A stretch of DNA of 63,009 bases, the filler included, from Reticulomyxa filosa (lineage: Eukaryota > Protista > Foraminifera), in NCBI GenBank assembly GCA_000512085.1. It is 24 parts of 24 records of this genome, joined end to end, with 100 filler letters (N's around TTAATTAATTAA, not from the genome) between each part and the next. Parts side by side here need not be neighbours in the genome. Positions count along the whole stretch, not along the records: positions 10,697 to 13,036 come from ASPP01006055.1; positions 13,137 to 14,789 come from ASPP01002046.1; positions 14,890 to 18,093 come from ASPP01027891.1; positions 18,194 to 22,056 come from ASPP01006692.1; positions 22,157 to 23,671 come from ASPP01010637.1; positions 23,772 to 27,374 come from ASPP01018685.1; 18 more parts are not named here. One strand, 5' to 3'. The position numbers and the translations under genes are program-made. Positions within the stretch are counted from its first letter, which is position 1. Every line of letters begins with the position of its first letter. This document shows, one piece after another, positions 11,447 to 23,835 of the stretch. Below the pieces are notes generated by a model that was given only the letters and a program-made list of their open reading frames with translations, did not search any database and had not been told where the DNA came from.

Positions 11447-12314
11447 TTTTCTTTTTTTCTCTCTCTTCTCTCTTCTCTCTCTCTCTCTGCGGTTCTCATT
11501 TGCTCTGCTTTTCTTTCCACAAACCTTTTTTTTTTTGTGGATCTCATAAACCTTCTTGCTAGTTTTGTCTTTTTTGAAACTGAGAAAAAAAGGACATCAA
11601 CAAAAGAGGGAGGAGGCGAAACGAAACTTTTTACAAATAAATTGATTCATTTCACTTACAAAGTCATATACACATAACAATAATATTAAGACACAATGAA
11701 AAGAAGATATATTTGCTGGGCTTTGTTCTCAGGGTTGTGTAAATTTCAGTTAATGTTTGGGCCATTATTATGTCCCGTGTTTTCTTTTTTAGTGTTGATT
11801 TTTTAAAATTTGAATAATTTTCTTTACTTTTCTTTGTACATTGCAATGTCAGACAATTTTGCATAAGTGCATTTTCGGACAAGCAAAAACAGCCCATTTC
11901 CTTTTTGCGTTGTTTTAAATTTGCATCAGATGTAGTAAGATTTCAACAAAATTTACAAAACACAAAAATATCCAAATGCATTTGTTTATTTCATTCCTCA
12001 TTATTTTTTAAACAAAAACGCATCAACTGTGCAACAAGTGAGGGTTTTTTTTGAGAAATTATGACATATATATTGTTATTTAGCAATGAATTATGCCAGG
12101 AACAATGACAATCACTCAGATCTAAAGTGTATTTATTGTGCCTAAAGGAGGGAAAAAAACAATATTTTTTAAAAAAATTACTTTCACTATCTTAGAAAAT
12201 ACTATATTAAAAACGGTTGTTTTGAGCCATAAAACAGCGCAAAATCGAACGAGCTTTTTTCTTTTTTTCTTCCCCTTTTTTAAAAAAAGCGAGATATAAC
12301 GAGAAAAATTTAAC

Positions 12315-13023
12315 ATGGGCGCTTGTGTTGGCGGTGATGAAACAAATCGTACAGTACAAAGAGAGATTGATCACGACAAAGCAGTGGAGACAAAAGTGCA
12401 CAAACTGTTGTTATTGGGTGCAGGCGGCAGTGGAAAGTCGACATTTTTTAAGCAACTAAAAACGATCCATGGAGACGGTCACAGTTTGCGAGAGAAGGAA
12501 GGGTTCAAAAGGCAAATTTTCGGACAAGTGATTGAAAATATGCAAATATTGGTCCGTCAATGCAAGACATTAACAGAAGGGACGAGCGAGGACATAGAAA
12601 GTGATGAAAGAGCGGAGAATCTTCGCAAAGAGTTGGATAAGGATGAAATTGCGGATTATAAAATCGATAGTGAATATGAGGAAAGTTGTAAATACTTGTT
12701 GGAATTGCCCAGTGGAAGTGCAGCGATGGATGACGAATTGGCAGGACATGTGAAGAAGCTGTGGAACGAGTGCACACCCATCCGCAAAATGTTTGAGCAC
12801 AGGAATAAGATATGTGTGCCAGACAGCACCGGTTACTTTTTCAAAGAAATGGATCGCATTGGCCGAAATGACTACGTCCCGAATAACGACGACATTCTGT
12901 TGGTCAGATATCGTACCACCGGAATGACCGAAAAGGAATTCCATATCAAAGGGGCCATTTTCAAAGTCCACGACGTCGGCGGTCAGAGGAATGAGCGCAA
13001 AAAATGGATTCACTTTTTCGACG
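12315..13023 (+). CDS. Heterotrimeric G protein alpha subunit, 3'-partial
   Basis: MGAC N-terminus; LLLLGAGGSGKSTFFKQ; RYRTTG; DVGGQRNERKKWIHFFD, then a probable intron donor and the contig end. Confidence 0.95.
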
Positions 13024-13136
13024 GTCAAAAAAAAAANNNNNNNNNNNNNNNNNNNNNNNNNNNNNNNNNNNNNNNNNNNNTTAATTAATTAANNNNNNNN
13101 NNNNNNNNNNNNNNNNNNNNNNNNNNNNNNNNNNNN

Positions 13137-13738
13137 AATGCCTGTTTAAAATCTCCTCTCTTTGTGCATCCTTTGATCATCGTATTGAATGTAATGATAT
13201 TAGGAACCAACAATTGATCATTGGTTTGATCTTGTTGTTTTTCAAACCATTGTTGAAAATAATGTTTTTGTAAATCAAATTTATTCCACATTCCCAAATG
13301 ATGTAAAATTGTGGTATAAAATATGATATTTGGATGAATATGTTTGCTTTGCACGATATCAATAATTTGATTGATTGAGTTGGGACATTTTAATTCTGAG
13401 CATCTTTTAACAGCTACAGAATAAATAGTAATATTTTGAGATGAAGTTTTCTTGAGATATTGAAGAATTTCTTTATCAGATTCCATTTTTTGAAGTAATG
13501 ATCGTTCATGTTGTGATTCAGGGGAAGGTATTGTTTTTAACAATGCACCCTGCTGTCCCTTTAGCCTTTTCTTGTATTGAATCCTTTGGTGCTGTTCATC
13601 CAATATGACTTGATACGTGTCGGGCTGACGAAATCGTCTACTGAGAACGCAAGGGGTAATGTTCCAGATTGGTCTTTTGTTCAGTACTCCTTGTCTAAGA
13701 CCAACTTTTTTGAGAGTTGTAATCATCATTGTTGTCAT
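13137..13738 (-). CDS. Pentatricopeptide repeat (PPR) protein, 3'-partial
   Basis: PPR motifs NITIYSVAVKRC, PNIIFYTTILHHLG and PNIITFNTMIKGCTKRGDFKQA. Confidence 0.85.
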
Positions 13739-14889
13739 TTAGTTTTTATCAATTTCTATACTTAAACTTTGCGAACCTTTTTTTTAAAAAACAATGATGG
13801 GTTTCAAATTTGAATGCCTCAATTGGGATTTATTGAATGTTAGTTAAAATTATTTGTAAAATACTTTTTTGATGTTGATTTGTAACAAATAAAAGAGCTT
13901 TTTGAAGAAACTTGATAATGTTTTTTGGAACAAACTGCATTATTTTAAGCGATCAACATCTTTGCCCAAAAACAATATGTTTTGAAAAGTATAGCAAGAA
14001 TTTTTTAATCCGATGGCTGACATAGTGGCAATTTGTAACAAATACGACAAGTTCAAGAAAAAAAAGTGACAAGACCCACGTTCAAAATTTATTTTGAAAA
14101 TTTTCTCGAATTGATAGCAACCTAGTCGGGGAGTGTACATTTCTTTCTTTTGTGTTCAACAAAATTAAAACAATTTACTTTTTATGTTGAAATCCAAATC
14201 TATGAGTGTGTGCATTAACAAATTGGTAACGCAAAAACAGTAATTGTTTTGAGAACACATTGAAAAATGTTGAGTTTGATGAAGTGTAGCAATGTTTCTC
14301 CTTCTATGCTCTTCTGTATCTATTACTTTATTTGATTCTCATAAAACAGCATATGATTGCAATGAAAACTAACTTTCTCATCTGTTAACCTGTATCTTGA
14401 TGTAGATAATAATAAATACAAAATGATATTCACAAGGCTGATTTGTCATTAAAATATGTTTTACTTTGCAGTGAGAACTTTTGTCGTAATTTTAACTCTT
14501 TTATGTGAAACATGCTTGCAAGGTAGCAAATATTTTATGTCTGATTATAAAAGTTTTCACTAAATGAAATAAATTAATGAAAATTCATCATTTTTCCAAA
14601 TTCAAATTCAATATATTTTTACTTCGCTTTCAAACAAATCTTCACCTGGAGGCACTGTTTCAAAAAACAATTGAACATCTCCTTCATTCAAATACCACAC
14701 TACCGGACTTTCCTTGTCTTGTTCCAATCGTATCTGTATCTTCCATTTGTTTAATTCATTTTCAATACTCTTCTTTTTTGGAGATTCATNNNNNNNNNNN
14801 NNNNNNNNNNNNNNNNNNNNNNNNNNNNNNNNNTTAATTAATTAANNNNNNNNNNNNNNNNNNNNNNNNNNNNNNNNNNNNNNNNNNNN

Positions 14890-14921
<32 letters not shown>

Positions 14922-14964
14922 AAAAAAAAAATTTATTATTGTTGTTTGTTGTGGGAAACAAGAC

Positions 14965-15483
14965 TTGGAAAGCGAGATGAAGAATTGGTTGAACACGATA
15001 ACAGATGCAGACAGTGATGGCGAATGTATACGTGAGTCGACAGTGCAGTGGTTGAACGCAATTGAAACGGCCAAGTACAACAGGGGTAGGAACAGCAGCG
15101 ACGATTGGACGGCCGAAAATATGAGCGCAAGTATTGTAAGCATCTGTGAAAAGGAACACCGATTTGTAGTGGATGAACTGGCAGAAGTGATTTGCGGACA
15201 GTTTTTTGATGTGTTTGCCATTCGAAATGTGGTGAAAATTATTCACGAAATCATACAACTGATTCGGTCATGTCCCTCCTTCTCCGCTTCTTCTTTCTCA
15301 CTTCTCATCAAAGATCCCGTCGTCTTGTCCAAGCGAATCCATCATCTCAAGCGACGATGGTGCAGGAAAATTTCCTGGCAATTGTCTCCCACTTGTGCCT
15401 TGGAATTTGACCGCTCTCAACAAATTGTTCGCTCTTGTCATTATTGTTTAGATTCGATTGCAATGACCTTCAAGCTCTTATAA
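14965..15483 (+). CDS. Hypothetical protein, probably the terminal exon of a larger gene
   Basis: 172-codon ORF after a poly-T intron-like tract; no recognised domain. Confidence 0.45.
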   Translation: MESEMKNWLNTITDADSDGECIRESTVQWLNAIETAKYNRGRNSSDDWTAENMSASIVSICEKEHRFVVDELAEVICGQFFDVFAIRNVVKIIHEIIQLIRSCPSFSASSFSLLIKDPVVLSKRIHHLKRRWCRKISWQLSPTCALEFDRSQQIVRSCHYCLDSIAMTFKLL

Positions 15484-16510
15484 CTTCTTTAGTTTTCCTT
15501 TTAGCTTTTATGTTTTGTTCCTTTTTTTTTAGTTATTTTTAGAATTGTAATTTGTAATTGTACTTCTAAATATCTTTTTGTTTTTTTTTTTTTTTTATGT
15601 TTGAAAAGAATAAAACAAAACTAGAAAGCAATATTGGCTCTGGTTTTGGTGTTATTTTTTTGACTTACGGTTTTATCTCGCTCGTCTTCTTTTTTTTTTT
15701 TTTGATGTTGTGTGAGCTGTAGATCGTTGTGCTTTTGGTGTGGTCTTGTGTGTTGTTGTTTGTTTTGTTTTTTATCGGTGAAGATCACGGTACATTGTCC
15801 TATTGTTGAATCTATTGTTGTTCTTACTTGGTTTGAAGATTGTCAAAAGACGTTGCAATTGGTTGAAATCTCCATCTCTATAGAAATATTTGTTTTCTTG
15901 TTTCTCATAACAAAGCTAAGCTAGTAATGCGATAGTGTCCAAAACTTTCTCAGAAGGATTTGTTTCTCTCAAAAAAAATTTTTTTCAGAAAACACAGTAC
16001 CAAACAACTCAAAAAACTACTGAAAAAGTACATTGAATTTTAATCAATTGGGGACTCTTCTCTAACATCAAATGAAAAAGTTTGAACAAAGTCAAACGTG
16101 CTGAAATTTTACACAGAAATTATTTACCTGATCAATTTGCTTAGCCTTAAAAAAAAACATTAACTTATTTAACAAAAGCAAAAAGAGATTGATGATGTGT
16201 TCGTGTCAGTGAAGGCCATTGCATAAGCAATCTTTCACAAAAATAAATGGATACAATGTCTGTCGACAGCAACTTTAGACAATTGAAAATATCAGAACGT
16301 TGCGTATTTTTTTTTTTGTGCGTGTGTAAAGTTGCAAGAACCCCTTTCATTGTTTATTTTGTAGTGTTGTGTGCTTTGCAGATAAGTAAAGTTGAAGTTT
16401 CTTTGTAGAACAGGTATTGTTGCTTAATAAACAAAAGAATTTGTTTCAAGATTTGTGCACAATTGTTTTAAAACTCAGTTGTTTTTTTGTAAAAAAAACA
16501 AAAAAAGAAA

Positions 16511-18043
16511 ATGATTCCTTGGGCAGAGGCACACGACTTTGGTGTGGATTGTCACAAATGCAAAATGCATTTTGTGGAGTACAAGAGATATAGCGATCAC
16601 TTGAAAGGCCACTATAGCAAGGAGTGGTTACACTGCGAGTACTGTGGGAAGATAAGTGCGCACAAATCCAACTTCATATCTCATTTGTCATCGCACACGA
16701 AAGACCGACCCTTTTTATGTCGGTTCTGTAACATGCGCACGAGCACCAGACAAAATTTGGTATCCCACATTAGTAAAAGCCACAACATAACAGTGCAAAA
16801 GCCGGTCAAGAATTACGCAAAAGGATACGACCACGTGGCAACATCATCACCTTCATCGTCGTCTCTGTCCACCACCAATCAGTCCAATGCGAGCCATAAA
16901 AAAAATAAAAAACGGACAAGACGCCAATATGAAATGGACAACAAGCCTTCCTTTGATACAGTTTTTTTATTTTTTTTATTTTTTTATGAATGTGTTTATA
17001 TGTTGTTATTATTGTCCCATACACGAACACATTACCCTTCCCCCCCCCCTCCTTTCCTTTAGTGGGTTCATGCACGGGGTGTATATGCGTATATTTCTTT
17101 TTTTTTTTTTGTCATAGACTAACTTTTTTTTTTTTTTTTTTACTTGAACCAAACAATCTTCTTTGACAAAAAAAAAAAAAAAAATTTAACTAATCAATTT
17201 TGTAAATTAATCCATTAATAATAATAACAATAAAAATAAAAAAAAAAGGGGGGAAAAAAGTTGGGATTGGGGTTGTCCATGTTGACAATCCCATGTCTGC
17301 CATCGGGTCAAGAACGAAATGGTGGGAAATATCCATGTACAAATAATGCAGCTTCCGGAAATTTTCAATTGGTTATGAATACTCGCAACGGTAGTAGTAA
17401 CAATAACAGTAACAATAACAGCAGTAGCAACAGCAACCATACTGGCAATGGCAATACAAGTAACAATAATAATAACAATAGTAACAATAAAAATAACAAC
17501 AATTCGAATAAAAATAAAAGCGACAATAAAAATAAAAGCGACAATACAAATAATGCCAACAATTCTCATGCAACGGACCATGGCCTGCGATGGCCTTCTT
17601 CCACTTCTTCCTCCGCAATGTGCTGGAATAGTTGCAGTAACGGAAGCGGCAGTAGCGATTCCAAACCCAAGAATTTCGTGTATCTGTACCCAAACTATGC
17701 CGCACACTTCCCAAAGAAAAAACAGCGATGTCTCGATTCCATGGATTTGTTATTAGCCGGCGCTGCATGGGTTAATCATATCTTTTTTTTTTTTTTTTTT
17801 TTATGTAGTAAGATTGGTTATAAAAAATGGTTGTTAACACTATTGGGTGATGATGGGACGTATTCGTGCATTCTGGAAATTGCATGTGTACAGGTAGAAT
17901 TGCAATCATGGACAGATTTACGCAACAAATATCTCCCCCCAAATATTTCCCATATCAATTTCGACGACCTAATATCACCAAGTATTTGGGATGAAATTGT
18001 CAGTCGACATACCTCCAAATCGATGCCTCCATTTACATCTTGA
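16511..18043 (+). CDS. C2H2 zinc-finger transcription factor (3 fingers) with an N-rich linker; introns at about 16961-17260 and 17771-17893
   Basis: CHKC..H..H, CEYC..H..H, CRFC..H...H with a TKDRPF linker; basic NLS-like KKNKKRTRR; the downstream ORF is in the same orientation after a poly-T intron. Joining the two ORFs into one gene is inferred. Confidence 0.8.
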
Positions 18044-18239
18044 TTGTTTTGTTTTTTAATAAGCAAAACAAAGTCAAAACGAAAAAAAAAAAANNNNNNN
18101 NNNNNNNNNNNNNNNNNNNNNNNNNNNNNNNNNNNNNTTAATTAATTAANNNNNNNNNNNNNNNNNNNNNNNNNNNNNNNNNNNNNNNNNNNNCTTTGCC
18201 AAAACAGGTTGCAGGTTCACATTAAATTAGGTATAACCA

Positions 18240-19325
18240 GTAGAATCAAATTGTATTAGATTGAAGAAAATCGAATGGACCTGGATGAACCAAGAAAAAT
18301 CAAACTGAACCGAATTGTTATGACCTGAACTGAATTGAATATAATCGAATTGAATTATATCGAAGTAAACATAGATGAACCAGATTGAACCAGATTGAAT
18401 ATAACCGGGATGAATTGAATCATATTGGATCTAATTATCTTGTATTATATTGAATTGAATTGGATTGACTTGATGTGGAATGAATTAGATTGAAGTGAGA
18501 TTGATTGAACTGGATTGGATTATAATGAATTGAGCTTGATTGAATTGAGGTGGAGAGATCAAACATAATTGCTTCGATCATATATTTATTTATTTAATAT
18601 TTATTAAATCTGGAGCCATACTTGTGGTGAGAGTTAATTTACCTGGGCGATGACTGGTTGCAAGGGCATTTATCATTTATTATTAATTATGTTTTATCTT
18701 TCTTTGTTTTTAATTTGGGACATTGATAAATGATGGGGAGTGAAGAACATGATTACCTTGCAGACAACACACTATAGGTAGTATAATCGTATATCAAACA
18801 ACGCCTGATATATATCAACACAGAAAAAGGCTTAAATTTTGTATTATATTTTGGTGTGCTTGTTCCTATCAATTTACTTTATTATAATATCTTTATCATT
18901 GTCATATAACACACACACACACACACAACTTACGTTTGATTGATTTGTTATGTTTAGAACAGATAAAAAAAAATAGACTGCAGCACATATACTCAAATGG
19001 TTTAATCAGGTACGTATATCGTCTGCAAGGTACTCCACTGTATCTTCTCCCCCTTTTCAATGTCCCTTATATCCTTTTTTTTTTATCATATTATCAAAAT
19101 ATAGATCTTATTATTCATATTGTCCGTTGCAATCAAGTCAATCTGCCTCCGATTAACTCATCTACCACTTTCCGGCTCATTGTTATTTATATTATTTTAT
19201 CGAAGTCAATTATACCCAATCTATTCCAACTCAACTCATTTCACTCAGCGCATTACAATCCAACACAGCCCAATCAAGCACAATTCAATCTAACTCGGAC
19301 TCTATCTTGTTTCAATTCAGATTCT
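18240..19325. repeat. Long diverged inverted repeat (foldback-like) with outer degenerate pentamer arrays and a central (AC)n
   Basis: Colinear inverted matches 18754-18765/19021-19032, 18717-18726/19057-19066 and 18565-18578/19199-19213; ATTGA-like array on the left, TCAAT-like array on the right. Confidence 0.8.
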
Positions 19326-20488
19326 TCGTGTACTTGCAACAATACTTGATCTTGCACATGTGCTGGTGCTTGTGGTGGCTCTGATTGCAATTGTTCTTGC
19401 ACTTCGGGTGACGACTGTTGCACTTGTGCTGGCGCTTCATGGACATTCGGTAACTCTTGTTGATTCAATTGAAGTGTAGTGACTTGTTGGACCTGCACTT
19501 GATCTTGTGCTTGGCCTCCTACTCCGTGTTGATGATGGCCCTCCTGTTCATTAGCAGCCTATGTCCAGCCATTCATTATTTTTAAAATATCAATTGCATT
19601 ATTATAATATATATATATGTATATATACATCATTGAATAAATTAATAATTTGGAAAGAAGACAAACCTTTTGTCGCTTATGTGGCAGCAATGTATCGTCT
19701 GTGGAGTCCATTCGCCTTTTCTGTGGCTTTCTCCTACGACTATCTGTTCAATTTGTTTATACATGTATGTTTTTTTTTGTCTGTTGTTTCTGAAAACATA
19801 TCCCATGGATAACAAAAAATTTTTGTATGAAAAACAAAGTATTGCACGAGTGGGGATAATAAAAGAGATTATATATGATAAAATTGAAATTAAGACTTGC
19901 AAGAAAAGATTTGATACAGAACAAATTGTACAATGGATTATACGACAAGCAAGACTCCATTGTTGGCACTCTTTTTTTTTTTGTTTGTGTTTTGTAAGTA
20001 TTTGTGCTTTCTTTGTTTACCGTTGGAAAACGTTGATGCTGTTGAAGCATTTTCTTCATTTCTTCTTTGTTCCATTTTGTTTTTTTCAGCAGTTTTGTCA
20101 CAGTGAACTTAAAAACTAAGGTGACAAGTGAACGCAAGCTTGGCTATGTCCGATCGAAAAGAAAGAATGTCACTTTTGAATGTAAAATAAATATCACATA
20201 TTTTGATTTTTGAAAAAAAATAAATGAATGTCATGTTGTTTCACTACAGACAAAACGAGTTCATTCAACAAACAAGTGATGTTTGTTCAAATCTCTAATG
20301 TTTTTTCGTGAACCTTGCGTTTGTTTTTTGTGATATGTAAATCGAAGTTATGCACAAAATAATGAATCATTTGCTATTTCAAAGAAAAGAATATTATAGT
20401 ACCAAACCAAATCTAGACGAACAGACACCAACTTTTTTCCAAAAAGGAGAGAAAAGGAGAATTTCTATAAATAATAATAATCTTTAGA

Positions 20489-20755
20489 ATGTCAACTCCA
20501 ACTTGCCCAAACAAACATAACTTGAAAAGATATAACACAGAGAGGTCTGGTTACACATATCAGCTTTGTATCCGAACTCTCCAGGAAGGAACACGTATGT
20601 ATGGATGTGGAATATGTAATTGGAACTATTGCACTTCATGTTGGTTTTCAAAACTCTCCAAAAAAATTGGACTCACTCAATTCAATTATCACATTAAAAA
20701 AGATGGGTTGAAAATAAAAATAAAAAACAAACAACATAATCACTCTTCACAATGA
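20489..20755 (+). CDS. Small Cys/His zinc-binding (DC1/ZZ-like) protein or degenerate copy
   Basis: CPxxH...YQLC...CGICNWNYCTSC; one expected Cys appears replaced by Tyr. Confidence 0.45.
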   Translation: MSTPTCPNKHNLKRYNTERSGYTYQLCIRTLQEGTRMYGCGICNWNYCTSCWFSKLSKKIGLTQFNYHIKKDGLKIKIKNKQHNHSSQ

Positions 20756-21434
20756 TCGTGACTGTACAATAAATATTCTTCAGTAACTATCAAAAAAAAA
20801 CAAAACAAAATAAAATGGAAAAGAAAAAACTTCATCAAAAATGTTTATTGTTTGCACATGCAATAAAAATAAAAACCTGAAACAAAACATTTCTTTTTGA
20901 TAATTTGATTAATTTTAAATTTATTTCTCAAAACCGAAGATCAATTATCAGTTAGCAGTTTATCTTCCATAAAATTGGAATCTGAAAGTCAGCGAATTGA
21001 ATTATTTTAATTTGTATTTGATCCATTCACTCATTGAAAGTGAAAATCGTAAGCTTTGGTGGATTTGTAAACGCGATTAGTTTTCTACAAAAATTTGTCA
21101 CTGGAGGACGAAGTCAATTGATGTAAATCCATTTTTACAATGGCAGAATGACCAGAAGAGAAAAAAGTGATGTTGTTCTTCACAAGTGGACAATCAAAAC
21201 ATTAAGGATGATACAAGTTCCCTTATTTCTTCAAAAATATTTCTGAGTATTTATTCTTTTTAAATAGAATGAGAGTCGCAAAATTCAATGTGATTACTTT
21301 TAAACAAATACATGATCGAGATAACTGGATCCAAAAAGGATTAAGTAAACCAAATTACAATTACAAAAATCAATATGATTGATCCAGTTCCAAAAAAAAT
21401 AAAATAGAGGTGCAGCTGCACCAATTAATGCAAT

Positions 21435-21955
21435 TTACCATACTTCAAATCCCAAAACGGTGTTGCTGCTGTCATTGGAAGTACTTGTCCCTTCGTTAAC
21501 AAGGATGAATTCATCCAACGACCCATCGATACCATTGTAATCAGCACCAATGAACCACTCCTTAAATTGCAGTTCCAAGTTTAGACCTTGTTGAACATCG
21601 CCAAAGGCTCTCATATGGAAGAACCCATTTGCACCAGTCCAAATGATTGAGTCTTTCACAATCACTTGGATCTTATTCCATTGGTGCAATTTCATTGGAG
21701 ATGCCACATAGCACGTAAACTGGTATCCTGATATGTTTACCATTACTTGGGATGATGAATCTGAAAAAAAAAAAAAGAGCACACTTATTATTAAAATATA
21801 TCAACAGCAACCTTAATAAAAAAAACAAAACAAAACTGTCCACTGATTGATATGAAAAGATAAATGAATTATCAATATTAATAAAAGTGGCTTGATTCAA
21901 TGACTTTGGTTTGAAATACGCCGATATGCTAAAAGTCCGTGACAGTCTTACACAC
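21435..21955 (-). CDS. Concanavalin A/LamG-like domain protein, 5'-partial, intron-containing
   Basis: FSISAYFKP...LHQWNKIQVIV...WFIGADYNGIDGSLDEFIL matches the LamG-3 pattern (WxHv...IG....F.G.iDE). Confidence 0.65.
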
Positions 21956-22014
21956 ATACACATAAAATACATAAATAAATATTTCATAACATTACACAAT
22001 ATATACATATATAC

Positions 22015-22048
<34 letters not shown>

Positions 22049-22156
22049 ATATAATANNNNNNNNNNNNNNNNNNNNNNNNNNNNNNNNNNNNNNNNNNNN
22101 TTAATTAATTAANNNNNNNNNNNNNNNNNNNNNNNNNNNNNNNNNNNNNNNNNNNN

Positions 22157-22303
22157 CTCGGCCGTCATTTTGAAGGGCGCACCCACCGCCGTAGCCGGAC
22201 CGGTAAAAGCGCCCGTCATGCCGACTCTTATCTCCTGCGCGCAAACGGCACCGCCGCCTCCCATCACACAGAGAATTCCCAACGCCAGTTGTCGAAGAGA
22301 CAT
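22157..22303 (-). CDS. Bacterial ABC transporter substrate-binding protein (branched-chain amino acid/LivJ-like), 3'-partial
   Basis: Signal peptide followed by QEIRVGMTGAFTGPATAVG (I.IG...lTGp.A..G); purine-rich RBS (GAGGAAG) before the ATG; GC-rich. Confidence 0.8.
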
Positions 22304-22595
22304 CTTCCTCTTCCTTTCCTCAATATGAGTAGAGTGCCGCGCACCACTGGGTTGCTCGTCATGCCCGGCGTTCGACGCGACGCCGGAAGACGGAACGCCA
22401 CCGCCGTCCAGTGCCGCCCCATTCGCGGCATCACGCACGGGCGGCATGGAGATCCTCGTTGCTTTCCAAGCCCTGCCCACGACTACGGGAACAGGGATGA
22501 AACGCGCCCATCGCCCTGCGGCAGGATGAAAGCCGGATGTCGAGAACAAGATTGCCACGGGGCAAATGTTCTCGATTGACTTGAGTCAAGTCAAA

Positions 22596-22621
22596 TTCAT
22601 AGCGATTATCTTCTCTATGAA
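22596..22621. promoter_or_regulatory. Putative LysR binding/autoregulatory inverted repeat overlapping the regulator start
   Basis: TTCATAG-N12-CTATGAA dyad in an AT-rich patch between divergent genes, a typical LTTR arrangement. Confidence 0.45.
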
Positions 22622-23576
22622 TATGAGTAATGAAAGAATCGACCTGAACCTTTTCCGGGTGTTCTTCGCGATTTGGGACCTGCGCAGCTTGACCGCCGCA
22701 GGAGAACGGCTAGGGCTGACACAGCCGGCAATAAGCCACGCGCTTCGCCGTCTTAGGGAACGCTTTGACGATCCGCTCTTCGTGAGGGTGGCCAATCGAA
22801 TGGTTCCGACGGATACGGCCATCCGCTTGCATGATCCGCTCGATCAGGCTTTCGATATAATAAACCGGGCGTTGCAACGAAGTGACGCTTTCGACCCGAG
22901 CACGAGCAAGCGTACGTTCAGGCTGGCAATGACCGACGTTGCCGAAGCCTATTCGCTTCCCAAGCTAATGACGACGCTTGCGCGCGTCGCGCCTTTTACT
23001 CGTATTGATATACTGCCATTGGCCCCCGAGACCATCGCCAGCTCAATGCGGTCGGGTGAGATCGATCTGGCGATCGGCTCGAATCTCTCACGAGACGAGG
23101 ATTTCACCAGCATCGGGACTTTCAGTGATCGCTACATCTGCATGGTACGCGCCGGACATCCGGTTGCGCGCGCCAGGCTCACGAGGCCCTCTTTCAAGAA
23201 GCTTCGCTTCTTTTATGCTCGGATGACCTCATCAATTCACCACCTCGCCGAACGATGGCTGGCAGACGATGATGCGCCGACCCGGATTGCCGTTCGCGGC
23301 CATTTCACGGCCGCGCCGGAGATCGTTCGAAATTCCGATCTCGCGGCGATCTTCCCGCGCCTGTTGGCACTGGACCTCCATAGAGTGAAGGATTTCGTCC
23401 TGCTCGAATTGCCATTCGAGCTCCCGGCGATGGAAGTAAAGGTTTATAGCCATCCCCGCTTCTCCAACGATGCCGGCATCAGGTGGCTTGCCAAAACGTC
23501 GGCTGCGTTGCTGATCGAGTCAGCAGAGCGGTTGGATTACAGGAATTCCAAGCGCCAGATGCGGGAGCAGCAATAG
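22617..23576 (+). CDS. Bacterial LysR-family transcriptional regulator (NahR/NodD-like subgroup)
   Basis: HTH region IDLNLFRVF..SLTAAGERLGLTQPAISHALRRLRERFDDPLFVR, followed by a substrate-binding domain; no introns; GC-rich; divergent from the ABC gene. Confidence 0.95.
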   Translation: MNMSNERIDLNLFRVFFAIWDLRSLTAAGERLGLTQPAISHALRRLRERFDDPLFVRVANRMVPTDTAIRLHDPLDQAFDIINRALQRSDAFDPSTSKRTFRLAMTDVAEAYSLPKLMTTLARVAPFTRIDILPLAPETIASSMRSGEIDLAIGSNLSRDEDFTSIGTFSDRYICMVRAGHPVARARLTRPSFKKLRFFYARMTSSIHHLAERWLADDDAPTRIAVRGHFTAAPEIVRNSDLAAIFPRLLALDLHRVKDFVLLELPFELPAMEVKVYSHPRFSNDAGIRWLAKTSAALLIESAERLDYRNSKRQMREQQ

Positions 23577-23771
23577 CGCGTCTTGGATCCGCGCGGGTCT
23601 CGCGTTTGATGATGCGCCTTGTCACGTGGTTCGAAGGATGCCCGCCGACCGGCACAGAAGCCACTCCCGCTNNNNNNNNNNNNNNNNNNNNNNNNNNNNN
23701 NNNNNNNNNNNNNNNTTAATTAATTAANNNNNNNNNNNNNNNNNNNNNNNNNNNNNNNNNNNNNNNNNNNN

Positions 23772-23804
<33 letters not shown>

Positions 23805-23835
23805 TAATATCCATCAGCACAATCTTCTCACTGAA

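Noticed and set aside
22157-23671. Horizontal gene transfer of the LysR/ABC genes into the protist
   Set aside because: The whole contig is bacterial with no host junction or amelioration; contamination or an associated bacterium is more likely.
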